NCBI GenBank assembly: GCA_046351435.1
Contig: JAXLYN010000037.1
Location: forward strand, 12,977-76,976
Source: Polyangiaceae bacterium
GTDB lineage: Bacteria > Myxococcota_A > Polyangia > Polyangiales > Polyangiaceae
Direction: 5' to 3'
Length of the DNA stretch: 64,000 nt
A model generated the notes under the pieces. It was not told the origin of the DNA, made no database searches, and saw only the letters and a program-made list of their open reading frames with translations. Below are positions 54,883 through 64,000 of the stretch, piece by piece; within the stretch, counting starts at the first letter, position 1, and each line of letters starts with the position of its first letter. A program made the position numbers and the translations under genes.

Positions 54883-56055
54883 CTACTTCTTCTTGTCCTT
54901 CTCGACCGCCTTCTGGGCCAGGTCGTCGAGCGCAGCCTGGAGCTCTGCGCGGGTGTAGGGCAAGCGATCGATGGCAGCTTGCTCGGCCTTCTGAGCCTTC
55001 TTCAGCTTGTCTTTGGCGTCTTCGGCCTTCTCGACCCACGACGACTTCTCGCCGGTCCGCGCGGACATGCTGAGCGTGTGCTCCATCATGGCCAGGGCCT
55101 TGTCGAGCAAGATGCTGTAGCGCAGCCGCATCGCGCCTTCGAAGAGCTGCTTCCTCTTGTCGGTGTCGGCCTTCGGTTGGGGGATGGCCATCAGATCTTC
55201 GTGGAGCTTCTGGTAGAGCTCGCCGACGCGGAAGCCAGCCATGGCCGACCAGTGGGCGTCTTTGGCGCGCATGGTGTCCGAGTAGGCCGTCTGGGCGTCG
55301 AGCAGGAGCTGACAGCGCTCTTCGAGCACCGCCGCGAAGTTCGCCGGCATGGGCTGGAAGGTGATCTTCTCGGCGCGGATGCGCCGCACCTCTCCCAGCG
55401 CGAAGTAGAGCTGAGCGACGTCGCGCGTGATGGTGCCGGCGGCGTCGAGCCGGTGGTCCTCGACGATGGTGCGCGCCTTCTCGACGTAGTAGCTGGCGGC
55501 GTCGGTGTCCCCGGCGGCGACCAGCGAGAGGGCCTTGCCACCGAAGGCCACGATGCGTTCGATGTGATCGAGATCGGGGTGGCGCGTGAGGAGTGCGTCG
55601 GACGCTTCGCCGCAGCGTTGCCAGCGTTCGAGGAAGCACCAGAGCCGGATCGAGCGCGTGAGCGCGTCGCGGGCCAGGCTGTGTTTCGGGAATCGACTCG
55701 CGAGCTGTTCGAAGCGCTGCACGCTGGTCATTCGATCGCCGGCTTGCTCGTGGGCGAGCCCAGCAGCCTGGAGCGCTTCGGCCGCGCGGGGGCCGTTCGG
55801 ATCGAGGCGGAAGACGCGGTCGAACTCCTGGGCTGCGCTCTTGGCGTCGCCTTCGGCCATGCTCTTTTCGGCACGGGCGTAGAGCTCGTCGATGTCGGCA
55901 GCGCCTTCGGGCGTGACCACGGTTCGGGAGAGCTCGGTCGGCTCACCCGCGCCGGGACGGGACCCCTCGGAATTCGGCGACTTCCCCGGCGAGGCCGGGG
56001 TCGAAGCGCAGCCCGCGGCGAGGAGCATCAAGGAAACCAGTCCGAAGGCACGCAT
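54883..56055 (-). CDS. TPR-like lipoprotein
   Basis: ORF track, 390 aa. Lipobox LLAAGC. Helical repeat segments (AEGDAKSAAQEFDRVFRLDPNGPRAAEALQAAGLAHEQAGD). Lys-rich C-terminal tail. Confidence 0.65.
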   Translation of the reverse strand: MRAFGLVSLMLLAAGCASTPASPGKSPNSEGSRPGAGEPTELSRTVVTPEGAADIDELYARAEKSMAEGDAKSAAQEFDRVFRLDPNGPRAAEALQAAGLAHEQAGDRMTSVQRFEQLASRFPKHSLARDALTRSIRLWCFLERWQRCGEASDALLTRHPDLDHIERIVAFGGKALSLVAAGDTDAASYYVEKARTIVEDHRLDAAGTITRDVAQLYFALGEVRRIRAEKITFQPMPANFAAVLEERCQLLLDAQTAYSDTMRAKDAHWSAMAGFRVGELYQKLHEDLMAIPQPKADTDKRKQLFEGAMRLRYSILLDKALAMMEHTLSMSARTGEKSSWVEKAEDAKDKLKKAQKAEQAAIDRLPYTRAELQAALDDLAQKAVEKDKKK

Positions 56056-56236
56056 CCTGCTTCTAGTGTACCTCGCCGCGCCGGAGTTCCCGAGAGCCAG
56101 AAATACCCGTTGACCGCTCGGAGAAGGCTCCTAAGTTGGATCTCGTGGTCGAGATCGCGGCGACGCTTTCGGCTCCCTCGGGGCATGAAATCCGAAGGCC
56201 GATGGTTCTCCGACCACCAAGAGGAGGATACGAGAC

Positions 56237-56425
56237 ATGGGAGAGTCGACGGCACGCGACCGAATCTTCAGCCTGGAACGCGAGCACCATGACTTGAAGC
56301 AACGGGTCCACCGTTTGGAACGCCGCGCTTTCTTGACTCCCACCGAACAACTGCAAATGGCGGATCTGAAAAAACAGAAGCTTCTGGCGAAAGATCAGCT
56401 CGCGATCCTGAAGCGCGATCGCTGA
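56237..56425 (+). CDS. DUF465 (YdcH-like) small protein
   Basis: ORF track, 62 aa. LEREHHDLKQRVHRLERRAFLTPTEQLQMADLKKQKLLAKDQLAILK fits the DUF465 pattern. Confidence 0.7.
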   Translation: MGESTARDRIFSLEREHHDLKQRVHRLERRAFLTPTEQLQMADLKKQKLLAKDQLAILKRDR

Positions 56426-56452
56426 CCGCGCGACGCACGGCAGTCGCCATTC

Positions 56453-56474
56453 GAGGGAGCGTTCGCGCTCCCTC
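56453..56474. terminator. Hairpin with TTCG tetraloop between convergent genes
   Basis: GAGGGAGCG-TTCG-CGCTCCCTC. Perfect 9-bp stem. No strong U-tract on either side. Confidence 0.4.
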
Positions 56475-56512
56475 GTCTCATTTCGGCTTTCGCGTACGAG
56501 CGCTGGAGTCGC

Positions 56513-57028
56513 TCAGAGCGGAACGCACTCGCCGCTCTGACAGGACTGCCCTTCGGGACAATCTTTGTTGGCGCTGCACTTGCCGGGGCCCGCGGGCGTG
56601 GCCGGCGCGCCGGTCTCGGGACCCTTCGAGGTTTCGGTGGCCGTGGAGCGGCTCTTGTCGAGACGCTCGCCTCCGCCGTACACCTCTTGGTTCAAGTCGT
56701 TCAGCGCTTCGTCGAGCCGCTGCTTCCACTGGGCGCTCAGCCCACCTGGGTGCTCTTGCTCGATGGCCTTGGCGACGGCGAGCCAATGACGCGCATCGGC
56801 CCGGAACCCCAAGCGATAGTCCGCCATGCCCCGCAGGTACGCGTAGCGTGATTGGTCGCTGAGATCGAGCGAGTCCATGTCGCTCTCGAGCACGCGGAAG
56901 AGGGCGAGCGCACGCTCGTATTCGTTCTCTTCGTAGAAGCGTTGCCCGCGGTTCAGATCCTCGCGGTAGGTGGCGCAGCCGACCAGGCTGAGCGCTAGCG
57001 CCGACAGGGCGAGCCAAGTGCGAATCAC
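56513..57028 (-). CDS. Lipoprotein with TPR-like N-terminal half and Cys-rich tail
   Basis: ORF track, 171 aa. Lipobox LSLVGC. C-terminal CSANKDCPEGQSCQSGECVPL. Confidence 0.65.
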   Translation of the reverse strand: MIRTWLALSALALSLVGCATYREDLNRGQRFYEENEYERALALFRVLESDMDSLDLSDQSRYAYLRGMADYRLGFRADARHWLAVAKAIEQEHPGGLSAQWKQRLDEALNDLNQEVYGGGERLDKSRSTATETSKGPETGAPATPAGPGKCSANKDCPEGQSCQSGECVPL

Positions 57029-57101
57029 GCCGCGAGCCTAGAGCATCTTTCGAAGATGCGCGAGCCCCTGCGGAAAGCCGACAATTCCGGCGTTTTTCGG
57101 G

Positions 57102-57716
57102 CTACCGGGGGAGGGACCGAAACAGCAAGCGGACGATGGGAAGACCATCGGCCATGGCCCGCCTTTCCCGCGGACTTCGCGCCGAAAACGGGTTCTCGTC
57201 CACGCGTGGGCTCGGACCTTCGGGCGCGAAGCGGCCCGAGAGCCCGACCACGCTCTCGTAGGCGTCGGCCCGCTCCAAGACGTCGGTCTGGATGAAGAAG
57301 AGCCCGCCAGGCACGAGGATGCGGGCGACCTCGAGCGCGAGCTCCGGGGTCAGGACCAGGCGCTTCTGGTGACGCTTCTTCCACCAGGGGTCGGGGAAGT
57401 GGAGGAACACGACGCTGGCGCAGGCATCGGGGAAACGCGCGAAGGCCGAGCGGACGTCTTCGGCGAACACCCGCGCGCGCGCACCGAGCCCACGGGCGGC
57501 GAGCCTGCGATCGACGATGGTGGCCCATTTCCGGCGGATCTCGAGGCCGACGAGCCGCACCGCGGGATCGGCCGCGAGCCTCTCGACGAGAAACCAGCCG
57601 CGGCCCGGGCCGATCTCTATCTCGACGGGTTCGGGGCCCCCGCCCACGAGCTCTCGTGGGTCGACCCGGTCCCCCTCCGGCAAGCGGGGGGCGTCCTGAT
57701 AGGGGTCGATTCGCAT
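57102..57716 (-). CDS. trmB: tRNA (guanine-N7)-methyltransferase
   Basis: ORF track, 204 aa. EIGPGRGWF (SAM-binding site), LHFPDPWWKKRHQKRL and LVPGGLFFIQTD are TrmB hallmarks. Confidence 0.85.
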   Translation of the reverse strand: MRIDPYQDAPRLPEGDRVDPRELVGGGPEPVEIEIGPGRGWFLVERLAADPAVRLVGLEIRRKWATIVDRRLAARGLGARARVFAEDVRSAFARFPDACASVVFLHFPDPWWKKRHQKRLVLTPELALEVARILVPGGLFFIQTDVLERADAYESVVGLSGRFAPEGPSPRVDENPFSARSPRERRAMADGLPIVRLLFRSLPR

Positions 57717-57730
57717 GGGCGCCGGATATC

Positions 57731-59776
57731 ATGCCCGCCCCCGAGACCCGCATGGCATCTCGCATCTCCAGCGTGACGAAGCTCCTCGGGCCTTGGGCGC
57801 CCTGGGGCCTCGTCGCGGCGGTGCTCGGCGTCATCGCGACGCGCACGATCCTCGCGACCACCGGCGGCGAGGTGGCCGTGCCCCTCGACGACACCTTCAT
57901 CCATCTTCAATTCGCCCGGAGCTTCAGTCGGGGCGAGCCGCTGGTCTATACGCCCGGGACACCGCCCACGCCGGGCGCCACGAGCCTGCTCTGGCCTCTC
58001 GTCTTGAGTCCGTTCGTGAAAATGGGCGAGACCGCGCCCATCTGGGTCGCATGGTTCTTGGGCTTCCTCGCGCTCTCGCTGCTCGCTCTCGAGACCCAGC
58101 GCTTGGCCGCGGGCCTGACCTCGAGCCCCGTCGCCTTCGCCACGGGAGCCATGGTGCCGGCGTTCGGCGGCCTCGTGTGGTGCGCCGGGAGCGGCATGGA
58201 GGTGGTGCCGCTCGCGTGGCTCCTCGTGCTCTCGGCGCGCCTCGGCTCCGAGTGGCTCGAGGGCGAGTCCGCTCCTTCGAGGCGCGCGCTCGCCGCGCTC
58301 TTGGTCGTTGCGTTCGCGGCGCCGCTCATGCGCCCCGAAGGCGCCCTCGGCTCGGTCATCGTCGCCATCGCCATCGCGCTCAGCTCGCGCGGACGTGGTC
58401 GACTCTGGGCGTTGGTCGCGCTTCTAGCGCCGCTCGCGGGGCCGCTCTTCAATCATTGGGTGAGCGGGCAGTCGACGACGACCACCGCGCTCTCGAAATG
58501 GCTGCCGTTGAATCCGTATCACCAAGGGGAGCGGCTCTGGCCCACGGTGAGCGCCAACATCGTGCTGCTGTTCGGGACCTTGTTCGACGGCCGGATCTGG
58601 AGCGCCATCTTCATTCCAGCGGGCGCGCGCTACGTGGCCTGGATCGCGCCGCTCGGCCTCGTTTACGTCGCCTTGCGCAAGAACCGTTCGGCGCGTGGCT
58701 CCTTCGTGCTGATCCTGGCTCTCGGCATGCTGATCCCCGCGAGCTTCGACTGCATGCTGTGCAATCGACTGCGCTACCTCTGGCCCTTCGCGCCGGCTTG
58801 GTTCGTGTGCCTGGGCGCGCTGGCCGAGAGCGTGGGCTTGCTCCTCAGCCGCTACCGGCAAGGTTTGATCCACATGGGCCTCGCGCTTTCGGCGGGCATG
58901 GCCGGCGCGTTCGGGGCCACGCTGTCGCGCTCCATCGACGATCTCGCGGAGAGCGCCGACGCCATTCGCAAACAGCAGACCTCGCTCGGGCGCTGGGCGA
59001 AGGAGAAGCTCCCGGCCGACGCGCGCATCGGCGTGAACGACACCGGGGCCATCGCGTACTTCTCCGGCAGGCGCACCTTCGACGTCGTGGGGCTCACCAC
59101 GAAGAGCGAGCCGCGCTACTGGGCCGCAGGCGCGGGCTCGCGCTTCGAGCACTACGAGCGCATGCCGCGGGCCGAGCTCCCGACCCACTTCATCGTGTAC
59201 CCCGAGTGGATGAACGTGCCGCAAGTGCTCGGTACGGAGCTCACCGAACGCACGGTGAGGGCTTCGATCCTCGGCGGGGCGACCATGGTGGCGTACGAGG
59301 CCAGCTACGAGCTCTTGGGCTCCGCCGAACGCCCGCTCGACGCCAAGGGCGAGCCCATCGATCGGCTGGACGTGGCCGATCTCGAGAGCGAAGCAGCTCA
59401 CGCCTACGAGCTCTTCTGGGCGACGCAGATCGAGAACCGCATCTTCGACAGCTGGGCGGGCGCCGAGCGCCGCGCCGACGGTGGCCGCTCCGGGCGCACC
59501 CTCGAGCGCTTCTCGCTGGCGATCGAGCCCAAGGCGCGCTTCGTCGCGCGACTGGCGGTCGAAGAGTCCATGAGCATCGAGCTTCGCGTGGACGGCCGCG
59601 TGCTGAAGAGCCTCGAAGCCACCCCCGGCGACGAGTGGCTCGAGCTCGCCGTGGAGCTCCCGGCCGACGCGCCGCGCGGCCGAGCGCGCTTCGAGCTCCT
59701 GGCGCCCGAGGGCAAGAGCTTCGCGGCCTTGCACTATTGGGCGGAGCCGGCAGCGGCGAGAACCCCGAGCCCGTAG
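57731..59776 (+). CDS. Large polytopic membrane protein, GT-C glycosyltransferase-like (tentative)
   Basis: ORF track 57656..59776. Start is probably ATG 57731 or 57752. At least 10 TM helices, a DD motif in the first loop (VPLDDTFIHLQF) and a C-terminal soluble domain of about 250 aa. Confidence 0.5.
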   Translation: MPAPETRMASRISSVTKLLGPWAPWGLVAAVLGVIATRTILATTGGEVAVPLDDTFIHLQFARSFSRGEPLVYTPGTPPTPGATSLLWPLVLSPFVKMGETAPIWVAWFLGFLALSLLALETQRLAAGLTSSPVAFATGAMVPAFGGLVWCAGSGMEVVPLAWLLVLSARLGSEWLEGESAPSRRALAALLVVAFAAPLMRPEGALGSVIVAIAIALSSRGRGRLWALVALLAPLAGPLFNHWVSGQSTTTTALSKWLPLNPYHQGERLWPTVSANIVLLFGTLFDGRIWSAIFIPAGARYVAWIAPLGLVYVALRKNRSARGSFVLILALGMLIPASFDCMLCNRLRYLWPFAPAWFVCLGALAESVGLLLSRYRQGLIHMGLALSAGMAGAFGATLSRSIDDLAESADAIRKQQTSLGRWAKEKLPADARIGVNDTGAIAYFSGRRTFDVVGLTTKSEPRYWAAGAGSRFEHYERMPRAELPTHFIVYPEWMNVPQVLGTELTERTVRASILGGATMVAYEASYELLGSAERPLDAKGEPIDRLDVADLESEAAHAYELFWATQIENRIFDSWAGAERRADGGRSGRTLERFSLAIEPKARFVARLAVEESMSIELRVDGRVLKSLEATPGDEWLELAVELPADAPRGRARFELLAPEGKSFAALHYWAEPAAARTPSP

Positions 59777-59829
59777 CACGAGTGGAAAAAAAGGTGGCAC
59801 GCGGGGAGGCCGGGCCCTAGGTTTTCGGC

Positions 59830-60618
59830 GTGCACCTCCCGGACGGCATCCTGACGAGCCCGGCCCTCTGGGCGGCGGGCAACGTGGCAGGTGGAGCCGC
59901 GAGCGTCGCGCTCGTTCGGCGAGTGAATCCCTCTGCGCGCGGCGTCGCTTTCAGCGGCACGCTCGCCGCGTTCGTGTTGGCTGCGCAGGCGCTCAACGTT
60001 CCGCTGCTGCCGGGCGCCAGTGCTCACGTCATCGGCGCCGGGCTCCTCACGCTCGTGCTCGGCCCCGCGCGGGCGGTCTTGGCCCTGCTCGCCGTCGTGG
60101 TGGTCCAGGCGTTTTTCTTCGCCGACGGAGGGCTCACCGTGCTCGGCGTCAACGCGCTCCACATCGCCGTGCTGCCGGTGCTGGCCGTGCACGCGAGCCA
60201 GCGGCTCTTCGGCGCACGCGCCCCGAACGCCGCGCTCGTGCTCGGCACGTTCGCGGGCAACGTGCTGTCCGCCTTGAGCCTCGCCACGTTGCTCGTCTTC
60301 GGCGCCCACGTCCCGCCGAAGCTCGCGTTCGGCTGGCTCGTCGGAGTGCAAGCGCTGGCGGGTCTGGTCGAGGGCGCGCTCACCGCGATGGCCCGCGGCA
60401 ATCTCGTGCGCTTGGCGCCGGGCCTGTTCGCAGCGCGTGCCGCGCGAGCCCAGCTGCCGGAGCCCCTCGACGACCTCGCTCCGCGCTCCGCGCCGCCGGG
60501 TTCGGCCTGGGTTTGGGCCGCGGTCGCGCTCACCATCGCGTGGGCGCTCTTGCCCTTCGCCAGTCGGGCGCCCGACGCCCTCGAGCGCGTCGTCGAGTCG
60601 CACCAGCCCTCCCAGTGA
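59830..60618 (+). CDS. cbiM: ECF transporter substrate component CbiM/NikM fused to a PDGLE-like C-terminal segment
   Basis: ORF track, 262 aa. Starts with MHLPDG, the CbiM N-terminal metal-binding signature. The C-terminal extra TM plus APDALERV resembles a PDGLE domain. Confidence 0.75.
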   Translation: MHLPDGILTSPALWAAGNVAGGAASVALVRRVNPSARGVAFSGTLAAFVLAAQALNVPLLPGASAHVIGAGLLTLVLGPARAVLALLAVVVVQAFFFADGGLTVLGVNALHIAVLPVLAVHASQRLFGARAPNAALVLGTFAGNVLSALSLATLLVFGAHVPPKLAFGWLVGVQALAGLVEGALTAMARGNLVRLAPGLFAARAARAQLPEPLDDLAPRSAPPGSAWVWAAVALTIAWALLPFASRAPDALERVVESHQPSQ

Positions 60619-61262
60619 ACGTGGCGGACACCACCCGCATCGTGTGTGCGCTCGTGCTCGCGAGTGGAATCGCGACCGCGCCGCTCGCGGGGAGAGTCGA
60701 ACTCGGTCTCCTCGCCCTTGCGCTGCTCGTCACCTACGCGCTCGAGCGCCCAGGCTCGCGCTGGCTCGCGTCGCGCGTGGGTCCGCTCGTACTCGGCATC
60801 GTGGCGCTGCTCGTGCCGCTCTGGCTCACCGGTGACGTCGCACGCGCGAATCGACTGGCGCTGCGCGCGTTCGCCGCTGCGTGGTGCGCCACCCTGATCC
60901 TGAGCCAGCTCACGCTGCCGCGACTCGCCCCCGCCCTGCGTGCGCTCGGCGTGCCGCTCGCACTGCGCTCGGCCATCCACACGCTGGTGTGGCAGCTCGA
61001 GCACGTCGCCGAGGAAGGGCGGCGCCTGATCCTGGCGCGCGAGCTCCGGCAGGCGCGTCGCTTCGGCCCCGAGGTGCTCTCCGAGCTCCTCGTGCGGACG
61101 GCGGCCCGCGCCGAACGCGTGGATTTGGCGCTCCGTCTCCGCGGCGTCCACGATCCGAGCGCGCGCTCCCGCTACGCCTACGGCGCGCTGGACGTCGCGA
61201 CCCTGGCCGCGTGCTTGGGACTCGGGGTCGCGCTCCATTGGCTCGGGAGGAGCGCGCCGTGA
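60615..61262 (+). CDS. cbiQ: ECF transporter transmembrane (T) component CbiQ
   Basis: ORF track 60513..61262. Start at GTG 60615, overlapping the cbiM stop (GTGA). Polytopic. ARELR...R motif region (ILARELRQARRFG). Confidence 0.7.
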   Translation: MNVADTTRIVCALVLASGIATAPLAGRVELGLLALALLVTYALERPGSRWLASRVGPLVLGIVALLVPLWLTGDVARANRLALRAFAAAWCATLILSQLTLPRLAPALRALGVPLALRSAIHTLVWQLEHVAEEGRRLILARELRQARRFGPEVLSELLVRTAARAERVDLALRLRGVHDPSARSRYAYGALDVATLAACLGLGVALHWLGRSAP

Positions 61263-61981
61263 GCCCGCGCAGCATCGAGCTCGAAGACGTGCGCGTGTGG
61301 CGCGAAGATGGCCTCGGGGGCCAACCGGTGGAAGTGATCCACTCGGTCGGCGCGACGCTCGGCGCAGGTCGCCGCGTCGCCTTCGTGGGGGCCAACGGTG
61401 CGGGCAAGACTTCGCTCTTGCTCGCGCTGGTCGGCGCCGTGCGCTTCGCGGGGCGGATCGCGTTCGATGGAATCGCGCTCGATCGGAGCACGCTCGCCGA
61501 GCATCGCCGGAGCATCGGTTACGTCTTCGCCGAGCCGAGCGACCAGCTCTTTCTGCCGACGGTGCTCGAAGAGGCGCGACTCGCGGCCGAACAGCGCCGG
61601 CTCGACGACCCACAGGGTCGCGCCCGACGCGCGCTCGACGCCGTGGGGCTCGTGGGACTCGACGCGCGCGCTCCCGGCTCGCTCAGTTTGGGGGAACAGC
61701 GCCGGCTCGCCATCGCCACGGCCCTCTCGGGCGATCCGGGCGTGCTCTTGCTCGACGAGCCCACGGCGAGCCTCGACGCGCGGGCGCGACGGCGGGTGCT
61801 CGAAGCCATGCGAGCGTGTCCTGCGACCACGGCGTTCGCGACTCACGATCTCGCAGCGGCCCTCGAGCTCGAAGCCGACGTGCTGGTGCTCGCCGGAGGG
61901 CGGCTCGTCGGATGCGGCCCGGCCCTCGAAGTGTTCCGTGACCGCGCGCTGCTCGACCGAGCGGAGCTCGACGCGCCCTAG
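61259..61981 (+). CDS. cbiO: ECF transporter ATPase CbiO
   Basis: ORF track 60881..61981. Start at GTG 61259 (GTGA overlap). Walker A GANGAGKTS, signature LSLGEQRR and Walker B LLLDEP. Confidence 0.85.
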   Translation: MSPRSIELEDVRVWREDGLGGQPVEVIHSVGATLGAGRRVAFVGANGAGKTSLLLALVGAVRFAGRIAFDGIALDRSTLAEHRRSIGYVFAEPSDQLFLPTVLEEARLAAEQRRLDDPQGRARRALDAVGLVGLDARAPGSLSLGEQRRLAIATALSGDPGVLLLDEPTASLDARARRRVLEAMRACPATTAFATHDLAAALELEADVLVLAGGRLVGCGPALEVFRDRALLDRAELDAP

Positions 61982-62077
61982 CCCATTCATCGTTCTACGA
62001 ATTCGAACGATGGCTTCGAACATCTCAGATGGATCGAATGATGGGCGTCGCCATACTGAGCACCGAGGTCACGAACG

Positions 62078-62515
62078 ATGGCATCGAAGCTCTTTCACGC
62101 CGTGGTCGCCTTCGGCATTTCCTTGGGAAGCACTGCTTGCGGCGGCCGCATCGACGGGGGTTCCCTGGCGGAGCCCGGTCCCGACGACGCGGGCGCTCCG
62201 GACGACGCCCAGGCCGACGCGCCCATCCCCAAGCCGCCGCCTCCGGAAGCCGGGCCACCCGACGCTCTGCCTGACGCTCCTCACGATGCGCCGAGCGACG
62301 CCATCGTCGAAGCCTTCTGCGACGCGACCTGGCCCATCACCAAAGCCGGACGCGAGGTCTGCGGTCCGGCCGACGGCTGCGTCGAGATCGAAGCGCCGTT
62401 CTGCTACGGGCCCGACGGCAACGGCGGCTGCAAGATCTACCCGCTGAAGTGCGAAGGCAGCGAGTGGCATTGCATGGGTGGAGCGCCGAGCAGCCAACCG
62501 GAGCCGTGTCCATGA
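62078..62515 (+). CDS. Cys-rich lipoprotein
   Basis: ORF track, 145 aa. Lipobox LGSTAC, a Pro/Asp/Ala-rich linker and a C-terminal domain with 8 Cys. Confidence 0.65.
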   Translation: MASKLFHAVVAFGISLGSTACGGRIDGGSLAEPGPDDAGAPDDAQADAPIPKPPPPEAGPPDALPDAPHDAPSDAIVEAFCDATWPITKAGREVCGPADGCVEIEAPFCYGPDGNGGCKIYPLKCEGSEWHCMGGAPSSQPEPCP

Positions 62516-63339
62516 GCCTGCGCATCGAGCATGGTCCAACGGGTCGCTGGGGCGGGCGTTTGACCGAGCGACCGCTCCCCGAGCACGACGCAGACATCGA
62601 CGCGCTTTCGCCCGAGGTGCGGCGCAAGCTCGCCGGGATCTGGCTGAACCGCGCCGCCATGGAGCGACGGGTGGCGGATTCGTTCCAGGTGATCTCCGCC
62701 GCGCTCGGCCGGCGCGACGCCGACGCCGCGCTGGTCCGTCTCGCGCGGCGAGCCGTCGACGACGAGTTCCGTCACGCCGAGCTCAGCCGGCAGGTCGCTT
62801 CGCACTTCGCCGGGCGAGAGCTCGCGAGCCCGCCGCTCCTCGAGCTCACCGTCCCGCGCCACCGCGGCGCCTCGGAAGAGCTCCGGGACACGCTCCACGT
62901 CGTCGGACAGTGCGTGCTGAACGAGACCACGGCGACCGCGTTCCTCGAAACATGCCTGGCGCATGCCAAGGGTAAGCTCGCTCGCCACGCGCTCCGCGAG
63001 CTCTTGAGCGACGAGGTCGACCACGGGCGCATCGGCTGGGCCTTCCTCGCCACCACACGCCCCGAAACGCGCGTCGAGCTCGGCCGTTGGCTCTTGCCGA
63101 TGGCGTACTTGAATCTGCGCCTCTGGCGCGAAGAGAGCCCCATCGAAGCCGCTCCACCTCCCGAGCTCGCCGCCCACGGCGCACCGCCGGGTGAAGTGAT
63201 CCACGCAGCGCTGCTCGACGCGCTCTCCACGTTGATCCTGCCAGGCTTGCGCAAGCTCGGCGTTCCCGTGGAGGCAGTGGAACGCTGGGTGAGCCAGGGC
63301 GCGTTCACCGATCGGGCGCCGACGGAGCTTCTCGACTGA
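62512..63339 (+). CDS. Ferritin-like (di-iron four-helix-bundle type) protein
   Basis: ORF track 62449..63339. Start at ATG 62512, overlapping the upstream stop (ATGA). Two ExxH motifs (DDEFRH and SDEVDH), each preceded by a helix carrying Glu (AAMERR, LNETTATAFLE). Confidence 0.6.
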   Translation: MSLRIEHGPTGRWGGRLTERPLPEHDADIDALSPEVRRKLAGIWLNRAAMERRVADSFQVISAALGRRDADAALVRLARRAVDDEFRHAELSRQVASHFAGRELASPPLLELTVPRHRGASEELRDTLHVVGQCVLNETTATAFLETCLAHAKGKLARHALRELLSDEVDHGRIGWAFLATTRPETRVELGRWLLPMAYLNLRLWREESPIEAAPPPELAAHGAPPGEVIHAALLDALSTLILPGLRKLGVPVEAVERWVSQGAFTDRAPTELLD

Positions 63340-63374
63340 GCTACGGCAGCGCGTCGAGTTGGTCCGCGACGGAC

Positions 63375-63602
63375 ATGCTCCCGCGAGCTGACGGATGCGA
63401 ATGGGCAGAGACCGAGGAGCGCATTCGTCGCGAGGCCGCGGCGACCATTGCCTCGACCTTCACCGCTGCCGACGACGAGCGAGGCGTGGACGTGACCCAG
63501 ATCGAGCGCATGTTGGCCCTCTCGCCTCAGCAGCGCCTCGAGTCGTTGAACGCGAGCCGTCGCTCGGTCCAGGAGCTCACCGGTGATGCGCAACGCGACT
63601 GA
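63375..63602 (+). CDS. Hypothetical small protein
   Basis: ORF track, 75 aa. GC3-rich. No recognised family. Confidence 0.4.
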   Translation: MLPRADGCEWAETEERIRREAAATIASTFTAADDERGVDVTQIERMLALSPQQRLESLNASRRSVQELTGDAQRD

Positions 63603-63691
63603 TTCGGTCGCCCTGAACGCCTCTCACCTCGAGTCGAAGCCCAGCCCTCGCTGACCTCGAGGACTCGGGTTTCGCGTATGCTCTGGGCACC

Positions 63692-64000
63692 GTGAGCTAC
63701 GACATCGAGCTCTTCGCGCGCCCGGGCGGGCGGACTCTGGACGTGGCAGCGCTTCGGGCTTGGTTCACGGGCCGCGAACACTGGACACCGTTCGATGGAG
63801 GCGCAGACTACGCGGACCCAGACAGCGGAGCGACCTGGCGGGTGCACTGGGTCGAGGGCGATGCGCCAGCGCGGCTCGTGCTCTCCCTGCGCGTGGCCGG
63901 CACCGCGCCCCACCTCGCCGCGGCGGAGCTCCGCGACGAGGTCCGTGCGCTGGCGGATCGCTTCGAGCTCTGGATCGACGATCCGCAAATCGAGGGCGTC
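63692..64000 (+). CDS. Hypothetical protein, 5' part (runs off window end)
   Basis: Own translation from GTG at 63692: VSYDIELFARPGGRTLDVAALRAWFTGREHWTPFDGGADYADPDSGATWRVHWVEG... Open to the window end with strong GC3 bias. The antisense track ORF 63527..63988 looks like a shadow of it. Confidence 0.45.
   Translation, partial: MSYDIELFARPGGRTLDVAALRAWFTGREHWTPFDGGADYADPDSGATWRVHWVEGDAPARLVLSLRVAGTAPHLAAAELRDEVRALADRFELWIDDPQIEGV

Noticed and set aside
59777-59829. Cobalamin or NiCo riboswitch upstream of cbiM
   Set aside because: The intergenic space is only ~50 nt, far shorter than either riboswitch class, and no B12-box-like motif was seen.

Overview
This is a high-GC (roughly 68-70%) chromosomal segment, almost certainly from a myxobacterium. 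The evidence is a MYXO-CTERM-type sorting tail, a very high density of lipobox lipoproteins and a Tad/Kil-like pilus locus.

Layout:
- **1-6.4 kb, minus strand:** an Flp/Tad pilus locus with two flp pilins, a prepilin peptidase, TadE/TadG-like proteins, CpaB and the start of the CpaC secretin.
- **6.5-17.4 kb:** lipoproteins, an FATP-type acyl-CoA synthetase, a CNNM/CorC-type transporter, a Ser/Thr kinase and a PPC-domain lipoprotein.
- **17.7-32.1 kb, minus strand:** the canonical cluster tRNA(Thr,Tyr,Gly,Thr)-tuf-rpmG-tRNA(Trp)-secE-nusG-rplK-rplA-rplJ-rplL-rpoB-rpoC.
- **32.5-64 kb:** an accessory-looking mix. It holds a MYXO-CTERM protein, tandem repeats beside a transposase-HTH remnant, hydrolases, a DUF4265-ankyrin protein, GH5 plus beta-helix lipoproteins, a two-lipoprotein operon with a divergent AraC regulator, a broken HNH endonuclease gene, trmB, and an ECF CbiMQO transporter followed by a Cys-rich lipoprotein and a ferritin-like protein.

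Most notable observations:
- Dense patches of frame-disrupting indels are confined to the conserved housekeeping genes (rpoC, rpoB, rplL, rplJ, rplA, rplK, nusG) and one flp gene. These are most likely assembly or consensus errors.
- Two unrelated tandem-repeat families (65 bp x6 and 158 bp x2.3, the latter with a strong hairpin) sit at 34.2-35.0 kb.
- The HNH endonuclease ORF is interrupted by two roughly 90-bp insertions in opposite orientation that share a 29/31-nt core.

I found no rRNA, CRISPR array, intact mobile element or recognisable defence system. The candidate novel items below are hypotheses, not demonstrated systems.
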